A stretch of DNA of 64,000 nucleotides, taken from contig CBDFGR010000003.1 in assembly GCA_965247115.1 (NCBI GenBank), positions 1,376,001-1,440,000 of the forward strand. The letters are read 5' to 3'. A program made the position numbers and the translations under genes. The stretch comes from Myxococcota bacterium (GTDB lineage Bacteria > Myxococcota_A > UBA9160 > SZUA-336). Under the pieces are notes generated by a model that searched no databases, had not been told where the DNA came from, and saw only the letters and a program-made list of their open reading frames with translations. This document shows, piece by piece, positions 30,046 through 39,186 of this stretch. The number at the start of each line of letters is the position of its first letter. Position 1 is the stretch's first letter.

Positions 30046-31320
30046 CAGGCTGCTGAAAAACTCCTCATCGAAGGGTACCTTGGGAGCGAGCCCCAAAGGG
30101 GGAGGCGTGAGAGGACAGGGGACGCTTCAGGGCGGGATGTTCAGCTACGTGTCGCTGGAGTCGCGGATTCCGGATGATCATCCGCTTCGAGCGATGCGGC
30201 GCATGGTCGACACGGCGCTGCAGCGGCTATCGCCGCGCTTCGACGCGATCTACGCCAGAGGCGTAGGGCGCCCGTCCGTGCCCCCGGAGCAGCTGCTGCG
30301 CGCCCTGCTGCTGCAGGTGCTCTACACCATCCGGAGCGAGCGGCAGCTGGTGGAGCAGCTGGAGTACAACCTGCTGTATCGCTGGTTCGTGGGTCTGGAG
30401 CTTGACGAGGTGGTGTTCAGCGCCACGGTGTTCACGAAGAACCGAGACCGGCTGCTCAAGGGCGAGATTGCCGAGCACTTCTTCGACGCAGTGCTGGAGC
30501 AGGCCGAGACCGAGGGATGGGTGTCGTTGGAGCACTTCACGGTAGACGGGACGCTGATCGAGGCGTGGGCGAGCCAGAAGAGCTTCGTACGGAAGGACGA
30601 GGAACGGAGAGACGACGATGACCCGGGCAACCCGACGGTGAACTTCCGAGGCGAGAAGCGGAGCAACCAGACGCATGCGTCGACGACGGATCCCGACGCA
30701 CGACTCGCCGGTATGAGAGGCCAAGGCGCCCGACTCGCGTACCAGGGACACGTGGTGACGGAGAACCGGAACGGCTTGGTGGTCGCGGCGAAGCTCACGC
30801 AGGCGTCGGGATATGCGGAGCGCGAAGCGGCGCTCGAGATGGTGGAAGGTCTGGGAGGCGGGCGTCGGAGGACATTGGGCGGAGACAAGGGCTTCGACAC
30901 GAAGGGGTTCGTGGAAGAGCTTCGAGAGTTGGGCGTGACCCCACACGTGGCGCAGAACACGACGAATCGACGCAGCGCGATCGACGGGCGGACGACGCGC
31001 CACCGGGGCTACGAACTGAGTCAGCGTTTTCGCAAACGGGTGGAAGAGGTCTTCGGCTGGATGAAGACCGTGGGGCTGATGCGCAAGACCCGACACCGCG
31101 GCACGGATCGGGTCGGCTGGGTCTTCACCTTCACGGCCGCAGCCTACAACCTGATCCGGATCCGCAAGCTGCTGGAGGCCACGTAGGTCATGTGCGAAAC
31201 CGCCCCGCGATCAGCGGAGCCCAAGACCGGTTCGAACCGGGAATCGCGCCCCGCCCCTCGGCCGGTGAACCCCCTCGTCGGAAGGACCACCCCTCAACCA
31301 GTCACTTTCTCCGCAGCCTG
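30046..31320 (+). mobile_element. IS5-family insertion sequence (1275 bp)
   Basis: Left end CAGGCTGCTGAAAAA and right end TTTCTCCGCAGCCTG are inverted repeats; CTAG duplicated at 30042-30045 and 31321-31324. Confidence 0.9.
30107..31186 (+). CDS. IS5-family DDE transposase
   Basis: MRG...MFSYV, GRPSVPPEQLLRALLLQ, FTVDGTLIEAWAS, GDKGFD, RKRVEEVFGW; GTG start with GGAGG RBS. Confidence 0.93.
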   Translation: MRGQGTLQGGMFSYVSLESRIPDDHPLRAMRRMVDTALQRLSPRFDAIYARGVGRPSVPPEQLLRALLLQVLYTIRSERQLVEQLEYNLLYRWFVGLELDEVVFSATVFTKNRDRLLKGEIAEHFFDAVLEQAETEGWVSLEHFTVDGTLIEAWASQKSFVRKDEERRDDDDPGNPTVNFRGEKRSNQTHASTTDPDARLAGMRGQGARLAYQGHVVTENRNGLVVAAKLTQASGYAEREAALEMVEGLGGGRRRTLGGDKGFDTKGFVEELRELGVTPHVAQNTTNRRSAIDGRTTRHRGYELSQRFRKRVEEVFGWMKTVGLMRKTRHRGTDRVGWVFTFTAAAYNLIRIRKLLEAT

Positions 31321-31343
31321 CTAGGAGGCTTGGCAACCAGCAA

Positions 31344-31428
31344 GCGCCGCGGAAGCGGCGCGCGCAGCGAAGGCCGCAGGCCTGAGCGAAGGTGGGTGGC
31401 CCGCGGCCGCCCGCGGGCCGGGTCCCAC
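31344..31428. other. Cluster of GC-rich hairpins (REP-like element or terminator)
   Basis: GCGCCGC-GGAA-GCGGCGC; AGGCC-GCA-GGCCT; GGCCCGCGG-CCGC-CCGCGGGCC nested in GTGGG...CCCAC. Confidence 0.55.
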
Positions 31429-31433
31429 GAGAC

Positions 31434-31739
31434 CTAACTTTTGATGTCGAGGACGCTTCCCAGCGTGCCGAGGGCGGTATTGAGGGCTCGGACGGAGGCC
31501 TCGACCTGGATGGAGGCGCGGGTCTGCTCCACGATCTGCTCGGCGATGGAGACGTCTTCGGGCTCACTGGCACGCTTCTGCGTCGCGCGCGTGCCGCCTT
31601 CGGCGACGTCTTCCTGCTCCGTGCGGAGGGGGTGGAAGTCCTCGGTGAGCAGGTTCGCCAGATTGTGGCTCGCGCCCTTCAGCCGAGTCTCGTCCGCCTT
31701 GATTCCCGACAGGGCGATGGAGGTGGCATCCGCCTTCAT
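31434..31739 (-). CDS. Small flagellar basal-body rod-like protein (N- and C-terminal rod motifs only)
   Basis: SIALSGI...SHNLANLLT and C-terminal ASVRAL...LGSVLDIKS; GAGG RBS. Confidence 0.8.
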   Translation of the reverse strand: MKADATSIALSGIKADETRLKGASHNLANLLTEDFHPLRTEQEDVAEGGTRATQKRASEPEDVSIAEQIVEQTRASIQVEASVRALNTALGTLGSVLDIKS

Positions 31740-31764
31740 GTGTCCTCTCCCGTCTCCGCTGATC

Positions 31765-31792
31765 TCATCGGGATGCAGTTGGAGCGACTTGA
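31765..31792 (-). promoter_or_regulatory. Sigma28 (FliA)-like promoter for the rod-like gene
   Basis: Minus strand reads TCAA-N16-CCCGATGA, 25 nt upstream of the ATG. Confidence 0.55.
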
Positions 31793-31906
31793 GCAGCGTC
31801 TGCCGCTCGGGTGACACACAGGCAGAAGATGTGCACCGAGGGCGCAGCTCGTGCAGCTTCTGCGCAAGAAGGCGGCGCGTTTCGACAGCCTTCCAAGAAA
31901 AGACGC

Positions 31907-31934
31907 TAAAGGACCGTGCTGACGCCGACGATGT
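31907..31934 (+). promoter_or_regulatory. Sigma28 (FliA)-like promoter for the acidic hypothetical gene
   Basis: TAAA-N16-GACGATGT upstream of ATG 31989. Confidence 0.55.
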
Positions 31935-31988
31935 AGAAGCTATAGGTCCTGCAATCCGTTTGCGCGGATGTGGTGGCCTGGAACAGCG

Positions 31989-32918
31989 ATGGAAATCGGC
32001 AACCTACAGAATGGCGCGTCAGTGGAGAGCACGGCTCGGCCGGAGGCCTCGAGCTCGGAGCGTGTGGAACGTCCCGAGGAGCGCCAGGGTGACGCGGAAG
32101 TCACCATCTCTCAGGAAGGGCGAGAACGAAACGAGCAGGCGAAGGCGGATGCCGCCCGCAATGACGAGCTCCGCGAGAGAGCGCGCGAATCCCTGCGGAG
32201 CAACGAGCAGGCTGCCGCGGAGAAAGATGCGGGCCGGCCTGGCGTGATCGCAGTTCGTCTGGGCATAGGACCGCCCCCCCTCGAAGAGAAGCAGGAGAGC
32301 TCGGAGCCCGAGGAGGTTGTCCGCCAGGGTCTGCGCGATCGGGCGCTGATCCCCCGGGTGGAGGGAGTGCTCGACGACCAGCAGGATGACGAGACCGAGA
32401 CGGTCGCCCTGCCCGGCCAGGGCAAGGACGATGAGCGCCCGCGCGCTCTCGGTGAAACCCGCGCCCAGCAGATTGGTCTGGCGCGCGAGGAGCGCGAGTT
32501 CACTCCGTCCCCTTCCGTGGCTGACGCTTTCGCGTCGCGAGACGCGGGCACGCGCGACAGGGCAGTCGCGGAGGTGCTGGGGCGCGCGGAGACTCGGAGC
32601 ACCGAACGCTCCGACGAGCCAGAAGATCTGGATCGGGCGACCTCGGTGGCGCCTCAGGTCGGGCCGACTCCCGGCAACGAGGATGCCCGACGCGCGGAGA
32701 TCCTGGGCTCCGACCGGCAGGACGAGTCCGAGGAAGACAAAGAGAGGGCCCGCGAGGCCCTCACCCTTGGCGGCTCGGTGGAGGCAGACGCCGCCGATCA
32801 GCTCGTCACCCGCTTCCTGAGCGGTGGGGATCGTGAGCAGGCCGGCCCAACGCCGCAGGCGCGCGAGGAGCTCGGAGAGCGCGCTGGCCAGACGCAGGAA
32901 TTCCCGCCCGAAGAGTAG
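31989..32918 (+). CDS. Hypothetical acidic low-complexity protein
   Basis: Long E/R/A-rich ORF with GC-typical codons; contains an EVTISQEG motif. Confidence 0.65.
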   Translation: MEIGNLQNGASVESTARPEASSSERVERPEERQGDAEVTISQEGRERNEQAKADAARNDELRERARESLRSNEQAAAEKDAGRPGVIAVRLGIGPPPLEEKQESSEPEEVVRQGLRDRALIPRVEGVLDDQQDDETETVALPGQGKDDERPRALGETRAQQIGLAREEREFTPSPSVADAFASRDAGTRDRAVAEVLGRAETRSTERSDEPEDLDRATSVAPQVGPTPGNEDARRAEILGSDRQDESEEDKERAREALTLGGSVEADAADQLVTRFLSGGDREQAGPTPQAREELGERAGQTQEFPPEE

Positions 32919-32921
32919 CCC

Positions 32922-34397
32922 TCAGGCGGCCGGCAGGGTGAAGAAGAACGTGGAGCCCTGGCCCGGCTCCGACTCGACCCAGATCCGACCCCCATGACGC
33001 GACACGATCTGGCGACAGATCGCGAGCCCCATCCCTGTCCCCTCTGCCGCCTCCGCATGCGCGCGCTGGAAGGGCCCGAAGATGCTCCCGTGGTGGGAGG
33101 CCTCGATCCCGATGCCGTCATCGCGCACCCAGAGCTGCACCTCCTCGCCGCTGCGCACCCCGCTCACCACGATCACCGCCGGCTCGCCACCAGCGAAGTT
33201 CAGCGCGTTCGCCATCAGGTTCTGGAACACGCGGCCCAGCTGGATCGGGTCGGCCATCACGCGCGGCAGGGGCTCCGCCTCGATCACTGCCCGACTCTCC
33301 TCGACTCGCTCGCGTAGGTTCGAGAGCGCCCAATCCAGGGAATCGATCGGATCGCAGACAGCCAGCGCGAGCTCGCCCTTGCCGGCACGCGCATAGTCCG
33401 CAATGTCGCGAACCAGCACGCCCAGTCGACGCACCTGCCCGAGGGAGGACTTCAGGAGCATCTCCGACTCGGCTTTCGCCGCGCCCTCGAGGCGGCGGAG
33501 CATCGACTCGAGATTGCGCAGCGGCTCGCGGAGATCGTGCGCCGCGTTCTGAGCCAGCTCCTCGAGATCCTGCTTCGCCTCCGAGAGGCGCCGTGTCTCC
33601 TGCAGCAGCTCGTCGTTCCCCTGTCTCAGGTCGGTGATGTCGTGGGAGGATCCGACGTACCCCGAAAACTGCTTGTGCCCGTCAAAGCCGGGGATGCCGT
33701 GGTGACGCACCCAGCGGTAGGCGCCACTCGCGCTTCGCATACGCAGGTCGAGGCTGAACTCATCACGCTTCTCGAGGTGGTTTGCGTAGCTGTCTTTCCA
33801 GGCCGGCAGGTCGTCGGGATGGATGCCGTCGAACCAGCCGCGTCCCAGCTCCTTCTCATCGGGGCGGCCCGTGAAGAGCGACCAGCGTCGGGTGAAGTTC
33901 GTGAACTCCCCCGCCGTATCGGTCTTCCAGAGCATGGCGGGCGCAAAGTCCGCGCTGCGGGGCGCCTGGCTGGGCGCCAGGGGTCCGACCAGGTCGGCGA
34001 GGGCGCCGCGAAGGGCGGCCTCGCTCAGCTGCCCCAGCTCCAGGACCTGACAGCCGCCCAGGGTGCGCGCGCGATAGACCGAAGCCTCGTCCGCGGCGCT
34101 GGCCAGCATGAGAAAAGGTGTCCGAACTCCGCGAGCCCGCAGCTCGCGCACCGCGTCCAGGGCCGAGTCGTCCGTCGCGGCCAGCCCGCAGATGGCCGCA
34201 TCCCAGCCGTCTCGAGCCAGCTTCAAGCGTAGCTCGCTCGGCGAGGCGGCAAACTCGATGGAGACGTGCCCGGCGATCCTCCACGCCTCGAGCAGCGAGC
34301 GCAGGGCGGGGACGTTCGCGCTGCGACCAGGAAAGACGAGCAGCCGCGCCTGCCGGGGCGCAGCCGCGCCCCGATCGCTCCTCGGTTCACCCTCCAC
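32922..34397 (-). CDS. Sensor histidine kinase (receiver-like domain, PAS, HisKA, HATPase)
   Basis: PAS motif GWFDGIHPDD...YRWV; H-box AHDLREPL; QNLMANA, DDGIGI, GTGMGLAIC, GSTFFF. Confidence 0.92.
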   Translation of the reverse strand: MEGEPRSDRGAAAPRQARLLVFPGRSANVPALRSLLEAWRIAGHVSIEFAASPSELRLKLARDGWDAAICGLAATDDSALDAVRELRARGVRTPFLMLASAADEASVYRARTLGGCQVLELGQLSEAALRGALADLVGPLAPSQAPRSADFAPAMLWKTDTAGEFTNFTRRWSLFTGRPDEKELGRGWFDGIHPDDLPAWKDSYANHLEKRDEFSLDLRMRSASGAYRWVRHHGIPGFDGHKQFSGYVGSSHDITDLRQGNDELLQETRRLSEAKQDLEELAQNAAHDLREPLRNLESMLRRLEGAAKAESEMLLKSSLGQVRRLGVLVRDIADYARAGKGELALAVCDPIDSLDWALSNLRERVEESRAVIEAEPLPRVMADPIQLGRVFQNLMANALNFAGGEPAVIVVSGVRSGEEVQLWVRDDGIGIEASHHGSIFGPFQRAHAEAAEGTGMGLAICRQIVSRHGGRIWVESEPGQGSTFFFTLPAA

Positions 34398-34518
34398 GCT
34401 CCAGAGGGTAGTGCATCACCAATCCGAAGGCTCTCCTCCGCTGCGCCCTCGCGGGACTCCGACTGGAATGCGCCGCGCGCTATGATCTGGCACGGAGACT
34501 AGAGAGGGAGGGGCTCCA

Positions 34519-35463
34519 TTGTACGGAGACATCAAGGTCATCTCCGGCTCCGCGCACCCCGAGCTGGCTCGCGACATCTGCAAGCATCTCGGCGTCGAGC
34601 TCTCGGAGACTCGGACCGTGCGCTTCTCGAACGAGAACATGATCGTGCAGATCGAGGAGAACGTCCGCGAGGCGGACGTCTTCCTGGTGCAGCCCTCTTG
34701 CGCGCCGGTCTCGGACGGGATCGTGGAGCTGCTCCTGACGATCGACGCGCTCAAGCACGCATCGGCGTCGCGGATCACCGCCGTCGTCCCCTACTTCCCC
34801 TACGCACGCTCCGACAAGAAGGACCGCCCGCGCATCTCGATCGCAGCCCGGCTGATGGCGGACCTGCTGCAGACATCCGGGGCGAACCGTGTGCTGACCA
34901 TGAACCTGCACTCCCCGCAGGTTCAGGGCTTCTTCCGGGTTCCCGTGGACCAGCTGCTCGGCGAGCCCATCCTGTGCGACTACCTGTCCGCCAATCGGGA
35001 CATGTCGAACACCGTGGTGGTTGCTGGCGACGTCGGCGAGTCCAAGGATGTGGGTCGCTACGCGAACCGGCTCGGGCTGCCCGTGGCGATCGTGGACAAG
35101 CGACGCGACGGCGACGATGAGGCACCCGTCGCGACCCACCTGATCGGTGACGTCGCGGGGAAGCGCGCGTTGATCGTCGACGACGAGATCGCGAGCGGAG
35201 GAACCCTGGTCGAGGCCGCACGCTTCGTCCTCGAGCACGGCGCGACCGAGGTCGAGGCGGCCGCGGTGCACGCGATCCTGTCCGGGTCCGCCATCGAGCG
35301 GATCCGCAGCTCTCCGCTCCAGGCGCTCGTGGTGACGGACACCGTGCCCGTCCCGCCCGAGAAGCGCATCGACAGGATCAGCGTGCTGTCGGTCGCCGAG
35401 CTGTTCGCCAAGGCGATTCGCGCGATTCACGACGGCCAGAGCGTCTCCCACCTGTTCCGCTGA
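34519..35463 (+). CDS. prs: Ribose-phosphate pyrophosphokinase
   Basis: PYFPYARSDKK, LHSPQVQGFF, IVDDEIASGGTL, VTDTVP; TTG start after a GGAGG RBS. Confidence 0.95.
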   Translation: MYGDIKVISGSAHPELARDICKHLGVELSETRTVRFSNENMIVQIEENVREADVFLVQPSCAPVSDGIVELLLTIDALKHASASRITAVVPYFPYARSDKKDRPRISIAARLMADLLQTSGANRVLTMNLHSPQVQGFFRVPVDQLLGEPILCDYLSANRDMSNTVVVAGDVGESKDVGRYANRLGLPVAIVDKRRDGDDEAPVATHLIGDVAGKRALIVDDEIASGGTLVEAARFVLEHGATEVEAAAVHAILSGSAIERIRSSPLQALVVTDTVPVPPEKRIDRISVLSVAELFAKAIRAIHDGQSVSHLFR

Positions 35464-35506
35464 AGGTGCCCTGCGAGTAGAATCAGCTCGTCCAGGGCCG
35501 CGCGAC

Positions 35507-35803
35507 ATGAGCGAGTACGAAGAGGAAGAAGAGCCCGAAACGACGGGCACCATCGTCGAGATCCACGAGGATGGAGAGAGCATCACGCTCGAGGACGGCT
35601 CCGTCTGGGACGTGCCGAATGCTGACGAGGCCGCAAAGGTCGAGCTGTGGGCGGCGGGACAGCGGATCTCGATCGCGGAACGCGAGGACGACACCGAGGA
35701 CGTGTCCGACCACATTCACGTGGAGTACACGGCCGGCGAGGTAACGATCACGAACCTCGACGTGCAGGAGCTGGAGACCGTCCGCGTCGTCCCGCGCGGC
35801 TAG
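35507..35803 (+). CDS. Acidic hypothetical protein
   Basis: 98-aa ORF with GC-typical codons; ITLEDGSVWDV. Confidence 0.7.
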   Translation: MSEYEEEEEPETTGTIVEIHEDGESITLEDGSVWDVPNADEAAKVELWAAGQRISIAEREDDTEDVSDHIHVEYTAGEVTITNLDVQELETVRVVPRG

Positions 35804-36675
35804 CTGCGCGGGGCCATCGCCTCGATCACGGCCCAGTCGAACTCGCCGGGGGCACCCACCTTCAGCGGTTGGATACACACGTGCGTGGCGCCGGCATCGC
35901 GGTGCTCCTGGATGCGCTGCGCGATCGCCTTCTCGTCGCCCCAGCCGAGCAGGGCATCGATCAGCTTGTCGCTGCCACCGTTCTCGATCTCCGCCTCGGT
36001 GAACCCGAGGCGCTTCCAGTTGTTGCGGTAGTTCGGCAGAACCGCGTACATGGCGAGCGCCTTTCGGCCAGCCTCGCGCGCGCGTGAGGGGTCCGTCTCC
36101 AGGCAGACCTTCTGCTCCACGCAGAGCAGCTTGTCCGGACCCATGATCTCCCGAGCGGTGTGCGTGTGCTCGGGGTTCGTCCAGTACGGGTGCGCGCCGT
36201 CCGCCTTCTCGGCGGAGAGCTCGAGCATCCTGGGGCCCAGAGCCGCGACGACGGTTTTCGGCTCCTCCTTCGGCTCGGGTCCCTGGTAAGGAGCCGCCGC
36301 CATGTCCGCCAGGTACTGGCGCATCGTGGCAACCGGCTTGCCGTAGTGGAGCCCGCGTGCGCCCTCGACGAGCGGCGCGTGCGAGACGCCAACGCCCAGT
36401 AAGAAGCGGCCCCCGGACTGCTCGGCCAGGGTCTTCTGTGCCTGAACCATCATGCCGGGGTGTCGGTGGTAGATGTTCGCGATCCCGGTCGCGAGGTGAA
36501 GTGTCTCCGTCTGGCTCAGGAGATAGGCAGCATGCGCGAAGGGGTCTCGGCCCGTGGCCTCCGGCAACCAGAGGTGCGAGTAGCCCAGGCTCTCGATACG
36601 CCCCGCCAGCTCTGCCGCCTCCGGCGCCGACATGCCCTCGGTAAAGAACCAGACTCCGAGAGATCCCGTCTGCAT
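35800..36675 (-). CDS. LLM-class oxidoreductase (probably F420-dependent)
   Basis: LWLPE, ATGIANIY, RFLLGVGVSH, AALGPRML, DGAHPY; GGAGG RBS. Confidence 0.9.
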   Translation of the reverse strand: MQTGSLGVWFFTEGMSAPEAAELAGRIESLGYSHLWLPEATGRDPFAHAAYLLSQTETLHLATGIANIYHRHPGMMVQAQKTLAEQSGGRFLLGVGVSHAPLVEGARGLHYGKPVATMRQYLADMAAAPYQGPEPKEEPKTVVAALGPRMLELSAEKADGAHPYWTNPEHTHTAREIMGPDKLLCVEQKVCLETDPSRAREAGRKALAMYAVLPNYRNNWKRLGFTEAEIENGGSDKLIDALLGWGDEKAIAQRIQEHRDAGATHVCIQPLKVGAPGEFDWAVIEAMAPRS

Positions 36676-36686
36676 TGCTGCCTCCC

Positions 36687-38075
36687 TCAGTCGAGCTCGA
36701 GCTCGCGCTCGAGGTCCCGGACCACCTGGTCGATCCGGTCCACCAGGTCGTCCACGCCCTCGCCATCGATCACGAGCGGAGGAGCGACAAAGATGCTGGC
36801 GCCGGCGCGCGCGAGCAGGCCGTGTGTCTGCATGAGCCGTGGTACGCGGGTCCCGAGGTCGTCTGCCTCCGTGAAGTCCTCGCCAGCCTCGGGGTCGCGC
36901 TTCAGCTCGACGACATGCATGAGCCCGATCCCGCGTGTGTCGGAGATGATCCGGTGGCGCGACTGCAGCTTCACGAGCTGCTCGCCGAGATACGCCCCCA
37001 TCTTCTCCGCGTTCTCGACGAGGCCCTCGCGCTCGATGATGCCGACGTTCGCGAGCGCAACCGCGCAAGAGACCGCGTGCGCCCCGAACGTCGATCCGCC
37101 AACGAAGGCGTCCTTGGGCTCTCCGACAAAGGCATCCGCGACCTTGTCCGACGCCATCACGGCTGCGATGGGTGCGTAGCCAGACGAGAGTCCCTTGGCG
37201 ACGGTCATCAGGTCGGGCTCGATCCCGAAGTGCTCTACTCCGAACCACTTGCCCGTGCGTCCAAAGCCGTTGATCACCTCGTCCGCAATCAGCACGATGC
37301 CGTGCTCGTCACAGATGGCTCGCAACCTCTGCCAGTACTCCGGCGACGGCACGTGGTGCCCGTTCGACATCGAGATGGGCTCCGCGATCAGGGCCGCGAT
37401 GGTGTCGGCCCGGTGGAACTTCACCATCTCCTCTACGAAGTCCGCCCAAAAGGTATCGTCGAGCCCGGTCTCGGTGTTCGCGAGCTTGCCAACGCCGGTC
37501 GAGCCCGGAACGCTAATGGTGCCCGGCAGCAGCGGCTCGAAGGGCGACCGGTTGACCCAGGCCGCGCCGTTGACCGCCAGTGCTCCCTGCGTCGTGCCGT
37601 GGTACGAACCGATGCGCGAGATCACCTTGTAGCGCCCGCGCTCACCGCGGTTGTAGTGATACTGCTTTGCCAGGCGAATCGCGGTCTCCACCGCTTCCGA
37701 GCCTGTATTCACGAGGTACGAGCGGTTGATGTTCTTCGGCGTGAGCTCCGCGAGCTTCGACGTCAGGTCAACAGCCGGGCCCGTTGCGTATGCGAACGGA
37801 TTCGCGTACGCGAGCTTCGCCATCTGGCGAGCCGCTACGTCGGCAAGCTCCTGCCGACCGTGGCCCACGGCCACCACCCAGAGCCCCGACGTGGCGTCGA
37901 TGTAACGGCGCCCCTGGACGTCGGTGAGGTAGATGCCTTCGCCGCGGTCAATGACCACGAACCCGTCTTCCACCGCGAGCTCGTTGTACGGCCGGGCATG
38001 CACCCAGAGATGTTTTAGACCGCGCTTGATCGTGCCGTCGATCGCACTGGCGTCCGCTCGCCTCTCTTCGGTCAT
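36687..38075 (-). CDS. Class III PLP aminotransferase (omega-amino acid type)
   Basis: GSEAVETA, SYHG, DEVINGFGRTG, AKGLSSGYAP. Confidence 0.93.
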   Translation of the reverse strand: MTEERRADASAIDGTIKRGLKHLWVHARPYNELAVEDGFVVIDRGEGIYLTDVQGRRYIDATSGLWVVAVGHGRQELADVAARQMAKLAYANPFAYATGPAVDLTSKLAELTPKNINRSYLVNTGSEAVETAIRLAKQYHYNRGERGRYKVISRIGSYHGTTQGALAVNGAAWVNRSPFEPLLPGTISVPGSTGVGKLANTETGLDDTFWADFVEEMVKFHRADTIAALIAEPISMSNGHHVPSPEYWQRLRAICDEHGIVLIADEVINGFGRTGKWFGVEHFGIEPDLMTVAKGLSSGYAPIAAVMASDKVADAFVGEPKDAFVGGSTFGAHAVSCAVALANVGIIEREGLVENAEKMGAYLGEQLVKLQSRHRIISDTRGIGLMHVVELKRDPEAGEDFTEADDLGTRVPRLMQTHGLLARAGASIFVAPPLVIDGEGVDDLVDRIDQVVRDLERELELD

Positions 38076-38215
38076 GGTGCTGCCGCCCCTCTCGATTGAT
38101 GCCCGTATTGGACCACACGATCCCGGACCTGGCTACCCGGGCGATCTGCGGATGCCCCGCCGAGCTCGTGACCCGCACGCTGAGCATGCGCGAGCTCAGG
38201 ACTAGCGTGATCCTG

Positions 38216-39131
38216 ACTGCCCCCGGGGGTAGTAGTTTCTTACAGAAAGAGCAAGAAAGTGCTTGACAGGTTTTGAGAAAGACACAAATGCAGGTTCCCA
38301 AGACTATTTCGGACTCCAGGTTGCTCCGAGGACTCGGTGAGCTCGTGGCAAAGAGTCGACAGGACGAGGCGGATCTGCTCGCGTGCATTGCGGAGGTAGA
38401 TCAGCGCAAGCTTTATCTCGGACAGGGCTACTCTTCGATGCATCGGTACTGCACCGAGGTGCTCCACTTCTCGGAGGCGACGGCCTTTCACCGGATCGGC
38501 ACTGCTCGCGCGTCGCGCACATATCCGCTCCTCCTCGAGCGAGTGCGTGAGGGCGCGCTTCACCTGTCGGGTGCGAGCCTGCTCGCCCCCAGGCTCACTC
38601 CGGAGAACCACGCAGAGCTACTCGACCTGGCGCGCCACAAGAGCAAGCGCGCGATCGAAGAGCTTCTGGCCAACCGCGCGCCGAAGCCGGATGTACCGGC
38701 GCAGGTAAGGAAGCTCCCCGATCCTAAGACGGCTTCTGCTCTCCGGATGCCCGCGGAGATCTTCGATCGAGCCCTCACTTTGCTGCTCGAAGACGCGAAG
38801 CGGAGGAAGTTCGCCCGGACGGCGAGACCCCGTGCTCGGTCGACGGCCTCGCAAAAACCTGCGTCTAGGCATATCCCAGCGGAGATCAAACGCGCTGTCG
38901 TCGCACGGGACGGAGGTCGGTGTGCGTTCGTCGGATCGAACGGTCGCCGCTGCGGCTCCTGCGACTTTCTCGAGTTCCACCACCTGGATCCCTGGGCCAG
39001 GGCCAAGCGCCACGCGATCCCCCGAATCGAGCTGCGCTGTCGAGGCCACAACCACTACGCGGCGTTGGAGGACTATGGGGCTGCGTACATGGCGCGCTTC
39101 GCAGGGCGAGAGCACTGCCCCCGGGGGCAAT
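38216..39131 (+). mobile_element. Putative HNH element copy 1, bounded by C5G5-core palindromes
   Basis: ACTGCCCCCGGGGGTAGT (38216-38233) and ACTGCCCCCGGGGGCAAT (39114-39131) share 14 identical nt. Confidence 0.6.
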
Positions 39132-39154
39132 CGGACGTAAAGCCGCAGGAATGA
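38288..39154 (+). CDS. HNH endonuclease-domain protein (DUF222-like N-terminus), shorter internally than copy 2
   Basis: EVDQRKLYL.QGYSSM.RYC; RHIPAEIKRAVVARDGGRC...C...EFHH...CRGHN. Confidence 0.85.
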   Translation: MQVPKTISDSRLLRGLGELVAKSRQDEADLLACIAEVDQRKLYLGQGYSSMHRYCTEVLHFSEATAFHRIGTARASRTYPLLLERVREGALHLSGASLLAPRLTPENHAELLDLARHKSKRAIEELLANRAPKPDVPAQVRKLPDPKTASALRMPAEIFDRALTLLLEDAKRRKFARTARPRARSTASQKPASRHIPAEIKRAVVARDGGRCAFVGSNGRRCGSCDFLEFHHLDPWARAKRHAIPRIELRCRGHNHYAALEDYGAAYMARFAGREHCPRGQSDVKPQE

Positions 39155-39186
39155 CGACAACCGCGCGCAGCGGATCGGGTCCTGAC

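Noticed and set aside
36676..37248. Extension making a 482-aa LLM ORF
   Set aside because: Overlaps the aminotransferase in another frame; the RBS supports the start at 36675
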